Assembly: GCA_965224025.1 (NCBI GenBank)
Contig: OZ245033.1
Coordinates: forward strand, 3,264,001 to 3,328,000
DNA from: Candidatus Multivorans sp.
GTDB lineage: Bacteria > Acidobacteriota > Thermoanaerobaculia > Multivoradales > Multivoraceae
Length of the DNA: 64,000 bases
Direction: 5' to 3'
Made by a program: the position numbers and the translations under genes. The notes below the pieces were generated by a model that saw only the letters and a list, made by a program, of their open reading frames with translations, ran no database searches and was not told the origin of the DNA. Positions 8,998 to 17,009 of the stretch are shown here, piece after piece (within the stretch, counting starts at the first letter, position 1; every line of letters starts with the position of its first letter).

Positions 8998-9198
8998 ATC
9001 GCGCAACCTGCGCTGCCAACAAGGAACCCCTACCCGTTTGTTCCATGCAAGCTTGCGCCCCAGAACGCAACGCGGTGGATTCCTCGGTGAAGCCTGCTTG
9101 GAGCAGACCGCCGTTTCGAGTGACGGTTTGCCGACGCTCGGAGCGCGACGCCGCTTCAGCGGAGTCGAAATTCGTCTAGGTCGGCAGAGGAGCACGCG

Positions 9199-9921
9199 AT
9201 GGCGAGACCAGACAAGCCGCTCCGTAGCACCCTGCGGGAGATGCCTTCGGAGCAACGTCCGCGAGAGCGCCTGCTGGCGCACGGCGCCGGCGTTCTGACG
9301 GACTGCGAGTTGATCGCCATCCTGCTGCGCACCGGGCACCGTGGCTGCTCGGTGCTCGATCTCGCCTATGACCTGCTCTACGACGAGGGACGCGGGCTCG
9401 GCGGCCTGCCGGCGCTCGCCCTGCTGGTTGAGCACGATCTGCCGTCGTTGCGCCGCAAGGGGCTCGGGGACGCCAAGGCGGCTACTGTCCTGGCGGCCGT
9501 CGAACTGGCCCGGCGATTGGCCCGGGCGCAGCTCCCGGAGAGAAGGCCCCTGGGCGACGTGGTCGGCGTCGCCCGCTACCTGAACCTGCGTTACGCGCGC
9601 CGCGACCAGGAGGTGATGGGCGCGATCTACGTCGACATCCGCGGTCGCGTGATCAGCGAGCGGGAGCACTTCGTCGGCGCTCTGGACCGGACCTCGGTCG
9701 AGCCGCGGGTGGTCCTGAAGGAGGCCCTGCGCCTGGGCGCGACGGCTGCCGTGATCTTTCACAATCACCCCAGTGGCGACCCGGATCCGAGCCGGGAGGA
9801 CGTGACCTTCACCCGCCGGCTGGCGCGGGCCGGCGCGGCGGTCGGAGTTGAACTGGTCGACCACCTCATCCTGGGCGGCGGCGGTCGCTGGGTGTCGATG
9901 CGGGAAAGGGGATTCCTGTAG
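9199..9921 (+). CDS. radC: RadC-like JAB domain protein
   Basis: RPRERLL, HNHPSGDPDPSRED, LVDHLILG; GAGGAG SD. Confidence 0.95.
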   Translation: MARPDKPLRSTLREMPSEQRPRERLLAHGAGVLTDCELIAILLRTGHRGCSVLDLAYDLLYDEGRGLGGLPALALLVEHDLPSLRRKGLGDAKAATVLAAVELARRLARAQLPERRPLGDVVGVARYLNLRYARRDQEVMGAIYVDIRGRVISEREHFVGALDRTSVEPRVVLKEALRLGATAAVIFHNHPSGDPDPSREDVTFTRRLARAGAAVGVELVDHLILGGGGRWVSMRERGFL

Positions 9922-9971
9922 CGGACTCCGGCTGTACCGGTTGTGGGCTGCGGGCTGTTATGGTCCGCCCG

Positions 9972-11186
9972 ATGGCTGCTGGAGGCCCCGTACTGCTCCA
10001 CATGGACTGTGCGAGCGGCATCTCGGGCGACATGTTCCTGGGCGCCTGCCTGGACCTGGGGTTGCCGGTCGCCCTGCTCGAGGAAATGGTTGACCGGCTG
10101 GGCCTGGACGGCGTCGAGTTGAAGGTGCGGCGCGCGAACCGGGGGACGCTGGCGGGCGTGCGCTTCAGCGTGCTTCGCTGTGGCCGGCCGGTGGAGGGAG
10201 ACGGCGGCGAGGGCGCTTCGCACCGGAACCTGTCCACCATCCTCCGCATGATCGAGCACAGCGGTCTCGGTGCCGGCACAAGGGGACGGGCCGCGGCGCT
10301 CTTCCGCCGTCTGGGAGAGGCGGAGGCAAACGTGCACGGAGTCGGCCTGGACGAGGTGCACTTCCACGAAGTCGGCGCCGACGACTCGATCGTCGACCTG
10401 GTCGGCGCCGCGCTGGCCATCGAACACTTCGCTCCGGCGGGCGTGTCGTGCTCCACCGTCGTGGTGGGCGGCGGCACGGTCCGGACCCGGCACGGCGTGA
10501 TGCCGGTGCCGGCGCCGGCGACCGCCCTGCTGCTTCAGGGCGTGCCGATCAGCAACGGCGGTGTGGAGGGCGAGTTGACGACGCCCACCGGCGCCGTGAT
10601 CGTGCGCGAGTTCGTGGACTCGTTCGAGCCCTCGGCGGCCGGCAGCCCACGCCGGGTCAAGAACAGCGGCCTCGGGCTGGGCAGCAGGGAACTCGCCGAT
10701 CGGCCGAACGCCTTGCGTGTCCAACTGGCGACGCCCGTTTTGGCCGGCTCGCCGTGGAACCGCGTCGCGGTGCTCGAATGTCAGGTCGACGACGCGACCG
10801 GCGAGGCGATGGGCTACGCCGCGGAGGCGCTGCTTCAGGCCGGCGCGCTCGATGTTTTCGCCACCCCGGTGCAGATGAAGAAGTCGCGCCCGGGCATCGC
10901 CGTCACCGTCATCTGCCGCCCCGAGTGGGCGTCCGAACTCGCCGAGCGGCTACTCCTCGAGACCGGTTCCCTGGGCTGCCGGCGGACGGTCGTCGATCGG
11001 CTGGAGGCTGAGCGGGCGACCGTGTCGGTGACGACGCCCTTCGGCGAGGTCAGGGTCAAGACGGCCTCGATCGGCGGCCGGTCCCTGGGAGCGGCGCCGG
11101 AGTACGAGGACGTGCGACGGATCGCCCGGGAGAGGGGAGTCCCCTTCCGGGCGATCTATCGCGCCGCCCTCGGCGCGGCCGACTGA
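9972..11186 (+). CDS. larC: Nickel pincer cofactor biosynthesis protein LarC
   Basis: SGISGDMFLGA, VHFHEVGADDSIVD, HGVMPVPAPAT, ELTTPTGA, MKKSRPG, PEYED. Confidence 0.93.
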   Translation: MAAGGPVLLHMDCASGISGDMFLGACLDLGLPVALLEEMVDRLGLDGVELKVRRANRGTLAGVRFSVLRCGRPVEGDGGEGASHRNLSTILRMIEHSGLGAGTRGRAAALFRRLGEAEANVHGVGLDEVHFHEVGADDSIVDLVGAALAIEHFAPAGVSCSTVVVGGGTVRTRHGVMPVPAPATALLLQGVPISNGGVEGELTTPTGAVIVREFVDSFEPSAAGSPRRVKNSGLGLGSRELADRPNALRVQLATPVLAGSPWNRVAVLECQVDDATGEAMGYAAEALLQAGALDVFATPVQMKKSRPGIAVTVICRPEWASELAERLLLETGSLGCRRTVVDRLEAERATVSVTTPFGEVRVKTASIGGRSLGAAPEYEDVRRIARERGVPFRAIYRAALGAAD

Positions 11187-11666
11187 ACGACCGGCCGGTG
11201 TCGGCCGGCCGACCCGCGGGTCGGCGCCTGACCGAGGATCTCGCGAGTCACGGCGGTGGTCTCAGCGCCCATCTTCGGGGCGGTGCTGCCTTCAGGCATA
11301 GGCGAGGGGATCGTGGAAAGCGATAGCGCAGCCAATGGGGAGTCTGAGGCGCCTCCGACGCCACGTAGGGATCAGGTATCAGGGGACTCCACCCACTCGA
11401 ACAGGCCGCTTCCTGAAGACGGTCCATATGGTCGTACAAGCCGAGCAACGTATCTGTGGGGACGGACGGGACGGGCGTATGTGTGATTCCCCACGCACCC
11501 TGGCCCTATGTCCTGCTGCAGTCGCGGATCCGGTCGCTGTAGCGCGACGCTCTCTCTCCAGGCGTCTCGACGGAGTGTTGGCTACGTCTTCGCCGCCTCT
11601 CCGTCCGAGGGGCGTGCTACGGCGGCGCCTCCACGCCTTCGCTACGGACCTCGGTGAGTTGGCAGG

Positions 11667-14000
11667 CTAGTTGCGACGCGGTCCGCGACCGCCACCGCCA
11701 CCGGGCCGCGGTCCGCGCCCGCCAGGGCCGCGTCCACCAGGGCCGCGCCCGCCAGGTCCGCGTCCACCGGGACCGCGTCCACCAGGGCCGCCGCGTCCGC
11801 CCGGGCCGCCGCGGCCGCCGGGACCGCCCCTGCGGTCGCCGCGTCCGCGGAAACCGCCCCTGCGGTCGCCGCCGGCGGGCGCCGGGACGCCCATGCCTTC
11901 GTAGTCCTTGGGATCGAAGTCGGGATCGTCCATGATCACCGCCTTGCGGGAGAGCCGCACCTTGCCCGACGGATCGATGTCGATCACCTTGACCGTCATC
12001 TCGTCGCCTTCCGTCACCAGGTCGCGAATCTCGCCGACCCGATAGGGCGCGAGTTCGCTGATGTGGACCAGACCGTCGGTACCGGGGAGGATCTCGACGA
12101 ACGCGCCGAACGGTTCCACCCTGCGCACCTGGCCGGTGTAGACCTTGTCGACCTCGGGCACTTCGGTCAGCCGCTCGATCATCGCGATCGCGTGTCCCGC
12201 CGCGGTGGAGTTCGGCGAGGCGACGACGACGCGGCCGTCGTCTTCGATGTCGATCTGGCAGCCGGTCTCCTCGGTGATGCCGCGGATCGTCTTGCCGCCC
12301 GGTCCGATCACGTCGCGAATCCGGTCGCGGGCGACCATCATCACGTGCAGGCGCGGTGCGTGGTCCGACATCTCCTCGCGCGGCTCGCCGATCTCGGCGG
12401 CCATGTGGTCGAGGATGTGCAGCCGGCCGGCCTTCGCCTGGGTCAGCGTCTGGCCCATGATCTCGCGGGTCACGCCGGCAATCTTGATGTCCATCTGCAG
12501 GGCGGTGATGCCGCCGCGGGTACCGGCGACTTTGAAGTCCATGTCGCCGTGGTGGTCCTCCTGGCCCGCGATGTCGCTCAGCACGGCGAAGTCCTCGCCG
12601 TGCTTGACCAGGCCCATGGCGACGCCCGCGACCGGGGCCAGCATGGGCACGCCGGCGTCGAACAACGCCAGGGAGCCGGCGCAGACGGTGGCCATGGACG
12701 AGGATCCGTTCGATTCCAGGATCTCCGAGACCACCCGAACCGTGTAGGGGAAGTCGTCCTCGGTCGGCAGCACGGGAATCAGGGCGCGGCGAGCCAGAAC
12801 GCCGTGGCCGATCTCACGCCGGCTGGAACCGCGCAGGAACCGCACCTCGCCCACCGAAAACGGTGGGAAGTTGTAGTGGAGGAGAAACTTCTGGTGGGTC
12901 TCCCCCTCGTACTCCTCGATGAGCTGCGCATCGCGGCGGGTGCCGAGCGTGACCGAGGCGAGTGCCTGGGTTTCGCCGCGGGTGAAGAGCGCGGAACCGT
13001 GGACGCGGGGCAGGAGACCCGTGTCGCTATCGAGCGACCGGATCTCGTCGAGTGCGCGGTTGTCGAAGCGCTTGCCCTCCTTCATCACGATCTCACGCAG
13101 CGCCCTGTCCTCGAGTTCGCTGACGATCTTGCCGACCTGGGCGCGGCGCTCGTCGTCCTCGGGAAGCTGCTCGAGGAAGCCGTTGACCACGGCCTTGACG
13201 GCGTCGCGGCGCTCGAACTTCGCGGGCGTGTTGAGCGCCGCCGTGAAGTCGTCCCAGATCGCGCTTTCGACCTGCTGCTGGAACTCGGCCGCGTAGGCCT
13301 CGGGAGCAGTCCAGTCGGGCTTCTCCAGGTTCATCTCGCGGAACAGGTCCCGCTGCGCGCGAACGATCTTCTGCAGCTCCTGGTGGCCCGCGAAGATGCA
13401 ATCGAGGATCACGCTCTCATCGAGCTGATTGGCGCCGGCCTCGACCATGGTCACCGCTTCCTCCGTGCCGACGACGATCAGGTCGAGGTCGGACACATCG
13501 CGCTCGGCGCCGGTCGGGTTGAAGACGATCTCGTCGTCGATCAGTCCCACGCGGACGGCGCCTACCGGGTGGTAGAAGGGGATGTCGGAGAGCACGAGCG
13601 CCGTCGACGCACCGTTGATCGCGAGAATGTCGGGGTCGTTCTCCTGGTCGGCCGAGAGGACGAAAGTGATGATCTGGGTCTCGAAGAAGTACCCCGACGG
13701 GAAGAGCGGCCGCAGCGGCCGATCGGTCAGGCGGCAGGTGATGATCTCCTTCTCGGAGGGCCGTCCCTCGCGCTTGAAGAAGCCGCCCGGGATGCGACCC
13801 GCCGCCGATGTGTACTCGCGGTAGTCGACGGTGAGGGGCAGAAAGCCGCGCGGGGTGCTGTCCGGCGCCATGCAGGCGGTGGTGAGCACGATCGTCTCGC
13901 CGAGCTGCACGGTGCAGGAACCGTTGGCCTGCTTGGCCAGGCGCCCGGATTCCAGGGTCATGGTGGAGTTCCCGATCGGGATGTCCTTGGTGAACTTCAT
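11667..14000 (-). CDS. pnp: Polyribonucleotide nucleotidyltransferase (PNPase)
   Basis: RIPGGFFKREG, SNGSSSMA, GDMDFKVAG, KH (IGPGGK) and S1 domains; start MKFTKD. Confidence 0.98.
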   Translation of the reverse strand: MKFTKDIPIGNSTMTLESGRLAKQANGSCTVQLGETIVLTTACMAPDSTPRGFLPLTVDYREYTSAAGRIPGGFFKREGRPSEKEIITCRLTDRPLRPLFPSGYFFETQIITFVLSADQENDPDILAINGASTALVLSDIPFYHPVGAVRVGLIDDEIVFNPTGAERDVSDLDLIVVGTEEAVTMVEAGANQLDESVILDCIFAGHQELQKIVRAQRDLFREMNLEKPDWTAPEAYAAEFQQQVESAIWDDFTAALNTPAKFERRDAVKAVVNGFLEQLPEDDERRAQVGKIVSELEDRALREIVMKEGKRFDNRALDEIRSLDSDTGLLPRVHGSALFTRGETQALASVTLGTRRDAQLIEEYEGETHQKFLLHYNFPPFSVGEVRFLRGSSRREIGHGVLARRALIPVLPTEDDFPYTVRVVSEILESNGSSSMATVCAGSLALFDAGVPMLAPVAGVAMGLVKHGEDFAVLSDIAGQEDHHGDMDFKVAGTRGGITALQMDIKIAGVTREIMGQTLTQAKAGRLHILDHMAAEIGEPREEMSDHAPRLHVMMVARDRIRDVIGPGGKTIRGITEETGCQIDIEDDGRVVVASPNSTAAGHAIAMIERLTEVPEVDKVYTGQVRRVEPFGAFVEILPGTDGLVHISELAPYRVGEIRDLVTEGDEMTVKVIDIDPSGKVRLSRKAVIMDDPDFDPKDYEGMGVPAPAGGDRRGGFRGRGDRRGGPGGRGGPGGRGGPGGRGPGGRGPGGRGPGGRGPGGRGPRPGGGGGRGPRRN
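11690..11880 (-). repeat. Tandem 15/18-bp GC-rich repeats encoding the (G)GPGGR tail of PNPase
   Basis: Protein ends ...GGPGGRGGPGGRGGPGGRGPGGRGPGGRGPGGRGPGGRGPRPGGGGGRGPRRN. Confidence 0.85.
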
Positions 14001-14264
14001 TGCTGTTCTCTTGTCTTCCTTACTCTGTAGTTTGCACCCGGCGACTTGAGTGGCGGGCATGTGCCTTCATCGGCGAATGATCTGTGGGAAGTGACCCGAA
14101 GAGCAGTTCGACTTCCTTCCTGCGACTTCCTTCCCGGAACGGGAAGTCTCGTCTGTTGGATCCGTTGTCGGATCCAAACTCACCTGTCGGGCGAACCCGG
14201 TCGGTTGCGGAGAGGCGGAACCGCCTGGCGCCTCCGGGCTCCGGGGTCTACCTGCGGATGCCCG

Positions 14265-14534
14265 CTACCTGCGAATTCCGAGGCGCTCGATCGTCGTCCG
14301 GTAGCGCTCGAAGCCCTGGTCGCGGAGGTAGCCGAGCAGCCGGCGGCGGCGCCCGACCAACTTCAGCAGACCGCGACGGCCGTGATGGTCGTGCTTGTGG
14401 ACCTTGAAGTGCTCGGTGAGTTCGTTGATGCGATTCGTCAGCAGCGCGACCTGGACCTCGGGGGATCCCGTGTCCGTCTCGTGGAGACGGTAGTCACGGA
14501 TGATCCGGCCCTTCACTTCGGTTGTCTGTGGCAC
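14265..14534 (-). CDS. rpsO: 30S ribosomal protein S15
   Basis: [29 protein letters not shown]; GTG start gives 89 aa. Confidence 0.97.
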   Translation of the reverse strand: MPQTTEVKGRIIRDYRLHETDTGSPEVQVALLTNRINELTEHFKVHKHDHHGRRGLLKLVGRRRRLLGYLRDQGFERYRTTIERLGIRR

Positions 14535-14635
14535 TCTCTGATTCCTCGCTGACTCTGCTTGTTCCGTTCTGGTTGGTTCTCTGTGTTGCCTTCTTACGGT
14601 TCCTTCGTCGTTTCCTCTGTCCTTTCGCGGCGCGG

Positions 14636-14644
14636 AGTGTAGCA
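14636..14644 (-). promoter_or_regulatory. Extended -10 box for rpsO-pnp
   Basis: TGCTACACT about 100 nt upstream of the rpsO start. Confidence 0.4.
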
Positions 14645-14697
14645 CGGTCAGTTTACTGGCGCACCTCTCCAAAGTCGCTCTCGGAGAGGACTTTGGC

Positions 14698-15645
14698 TCA
14701 GTGGAAGACGATCTTCGGCTGCACGACGGCGAGGCCGCGGTCGCCGATCCGCTCGGCGACGGCGCCCACGGCGAGGAACCGCCCGCGGTTGTCCGTGATC
14801 TGTACCCAGTCTCCCTCTTCGGCCTCGCTTCCCGGCGCCAGCACGGACTGTCCGTGGGCTATGCGGCGTTCCTGTGCCGCGTCCATCGCGACGCGGGGGA
14901 AGGGCAGGGGGATGTCGTCAAAGGGCACCCAGGCGACTCCCAGATCGCCGGTCGCGAGGGGCTCGTCGCCGCGCTCGACCGCTTCGAGGCGCTGGGAGTC
15001 GAGCGCGCCTTCGACTTCGAATGAACCGATGCGAAGTCGGCGGAGCGCCGCCAGGTGTCCACCGCAGCCGAGCTGCTCGCCCAGGTCGTGGGCGAGGGAG
15101 CGCGCATAGGCCCCCGTGGAGCAACTCAGCCGGAACGGGACCCGGTCGGGGCCCGGTCCTCCCAGCGGGCCGGTCGCCTCGAACTGGAAGATCTCGACAT
15201 CCTTGGCCTCACGTTCGAACTCCTGCCCGCGGCGCGCGAGCTCGTAGTACTTGCGACCGCCGATCTTCTTGGCCGAGTAGGAAGGCGGCAACTGGTGCTG
15301 CGGTCCCTCGAAGTCGCGCATTGTCCGGGTGACCTGCTCGTGGGTCAGGTCCGCGGTGCTGCCCTCGAGGGTCACTTCGCCGGCCGCGTCGTAGGTGTCC
15401 GTGGCCACGCCGAACCGGATCTCGCCTTCGTAGACCTTGGGAGCGCCGATCAGGAAGCGCGTGAGGCGGGTGCTGCGGCCGACGGTCAGCAGCAGCAGGC
15501 CGGTGGCGTTCGGATCGAGGGTGCCGCAGTGACCGATCTTCCGCTCGCCGAGCGCGCGCCGCGCTGCCCGCACCACGTCGTGGGAAGTGCCTCCCGGACG
15601 CTTGTCGACCAGGAGCAGGCCGTGGCGCCCGGGTCCCTGGTTCAC
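14698..15645 (-). CDS. truB: tRNA pseudouridine(55) synthase
   Basis: [34 protein letters not shown]. Confidence 0.96.
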   Translation of the reverse strand: MNQGPGRHGLLLVDKRPGGTSHDVVRAARRALGERKIGHCGTLDPNATGLLLLTVGRSTRLTRFLIGAPKVYEGEIRFGVATDTYDAAGEVTLEGSTADLTHEQVTRTMRDFEGPQHQLPPSYSAKKIGGRKYYELARRGQEFEREAKDVEIFQFEATGPLGGPGPDRVPFRLSCSTGAYARSLAHDLGEQLGCGGHLAALRRLRIGSFEVEGALDSQRLEAVERGDEPLATGDLGVAWVPFDDIPLPFPRVAMDAAQERRIAHGQSVLAPGSEAEEGDWVQITDNRGRFLAVGAVAERIGDRGLAVVQPKIVFH

Positions 15646-16673
15646 GTCGCGTCCTCCGAAGCCGTAGCGCGCCGGCGATTCCCCATGGCCGCCTCGACCG
15701 CGGCGGCCAATTCGGCGATCACTGCGGACTCGTCCGCACCCCCGTCGATCAGGCAGCCGGCGGCGTTGCGATGGCCGCCGCCGCCGCGCCGGCTGGCGAT
15801 TGCCCCGACATCGACCTTGCCGCGGCTGCGCAGGGAGACCTTGAGGTCTCCCTCGGGGCGTTCGCGGAACAGCGCCACCGCCTCGACGCCGCGAATCGAC
15901 CGCGGGTAGTCAATCAGGCCTTCGGAATCGGTCGCCGCGGCGCCGGCGCGTTCGAACATCTGCAAGTCGAGCCGGACGGTGGCGACGCGTTCATCGCAGT
16001 GGAGTTCCAGCGTCCCCAGCATCTCCCCCAACAGCCGCACGGCGCCGGGCGGCTGGGACTCGTAGAGCCACCCGGCAATCTGCTCCGGGCGGGCGCCGCA
16101 GCGGACGAGTTCCGCGGCCGCGTCGAAGGCCCGCGGACTGGCATTGGAGAACCGGAAGCTGCCGGTATCGGTCGAGAGCCCGAGGTAGAGCGCGTTCGCG
16201 GTCGCCGCGTCGATCGGTGCGCCCAAGGCGTGCGCCAGGTGGAGCACCATCTCGGCCACGGCCGGCGCTTCCGTGTCGACCCAGTTGGCCTCTCCGTAGA
16301 GACGATTGCCCAAGTGATGATCCATGTTCAGGAGCTTGATCCGGCAGAGCGCCTGTTCGAGGCCGGTGCGGTCGAGTTGGGGACACTCGAGCGGTACCGC
16401 GAAATCGAAGCCGCCGGGAAAACCGGGCGGCGGCGTCCGACCGACGTGAATGGGCATGTCTCCGATGACGCCGGCATAAGTTGCCGGGGCCGGATCGACG
16501 TTCCAGATCGTGGCGGATCGTCCGGTCGATCGGAGGATCCGCGCGAGCGCCACCTCGGCGCCGATCGCGTCGCCGTCCGGGTGGGTGTGGCTGGAGAGCA
16601 GGAAGCTCGAGCCCCCGCGCAGGGCGCGGACGAACTCCTCGGGGACGGTGAGGGAGAGGCTTCCAGCGTTCAC
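15642..16673 (-). CDS. nrnA: DHH/DHHA1 nanoRNase/pAp phosphatase
   Basis: HTHPDGDAIG, DHH, TDTGSF, KVSLRS, GGGHRNAAG. Confidence 0.9.
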   Translation of the reverse strand: MNAGSLSLTVPEEFVRALRGGSSFLLSSHTHPDGDAIGAEVALARILRSTGRSATIWNVDPAPATYAGVIGDMPIHVGRTPPPGFPGGFDFAVPLECPQLDRTGLEQALCRIKLLNMDHHLGNRLYGEANWVDTEAPAVAEMVLHLAHALGAPIDAATANALYLGLSTDTGSFRFSNASPRAFDAAAELVRCGARPEQIAGWLYESQPPGAVRLLGEMLGTLELHCDERVATVRLDLQMFERAGAAATDSEGLIDYPRSIRGVEAVALFRERPEGDLKVSLRSRGKVDVGAIASRRGGGGHRNAAGCLIDGGADESAVIAELAAAVEAAMGNRRRATASEDAT

Positions 16674-17005
16674 AACTCACTCAGGAGCCGGTCGATCCGC
16701 TCGGCGTGTTCCGCGCCGCGGTAGAGCTCGAAGTGGAGTTCCGGCGTCCGCTTCAGACGCAGGCGCCGCCCCAGGCGGCCGCGAATGAAGCCGGCTGCTC
16801 GTCGCACGGCTCGGATCGCCGTCTGGCGTTCATCGTCGTCCCCAAGCACGGAGAGCAGGATGCGCGCCTGACCGCGATCCGCGCTCAGGGTCAGATCGGC
16901 GATGCTGGCGAGAGCCGCCCGGGGATCCTGGACTTCGCGCCGCAGAATGTCAGTCAACTCCCGGCGCAGCAGATCGCGTGCGCGGGCCTGGGATACGGAT
17001 GTCAA
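16670..17005 (-). CDS. rbfA: Ribosome-binding factor A
   Basis: VQDPR, AAGFIR, LKRTPELHF; position after infB. Confidence 0.9.
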   Translation of the reverse strand: MTSVSQARARDLLRRELTDILRREVQDPRAALASIADLTLSADRGQARILLSVLGDDDERQTAIRAVRRAAGFIRGRLGRRLRLKRTPELHFELYRGAEHAERIDRLLSEL

Positions 17006-17009
17006 GGGA

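Larger units (their letters stand above)
7400..9051 (+). mobile_element. IS110-family insertion sequence (predicted ends; AG core at 7398-7399 and 9050-9051)
   Basis: IS110 transposase plus a structured 5' non-coding region of about 280 nt. Junction words CTAGGAG and ATGCAAG recur inside that region. Removing the element restores a -35/N17/-10 promoter for speB. Confidence 0.65.

Noticed and set aside
9038-9051. Sigma70 promoter formed at the IS circle junction (TTGTTC as -35)
   Set aside because: No TAnnnT hexamer at 16-18 nt spacing in the predicted junction.
9176-9180. CTAGG as a direct repeat of 7393-7397, defining a longer IS with a target duplication
   Set aside because: IS110 elements do not normally make such duplications. 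The 9051 end is supported by the guide match and the restored speB promoter. Retained only as a less likely alternative.
11690-11880. Possible CRISPR array or non-coding repeat
   Set aside because: No spacers; the repeats are in frame within pnp. No cas genes were seen in the window.
14535-14672. N-terminal extensions of rpsO, and likewise pnp, rimP, nqrB, nqrD and the transposase, in the ORF track
   Set aside because: Family homology begins at downstream starts; the extensions are longest-ORF artefacts.
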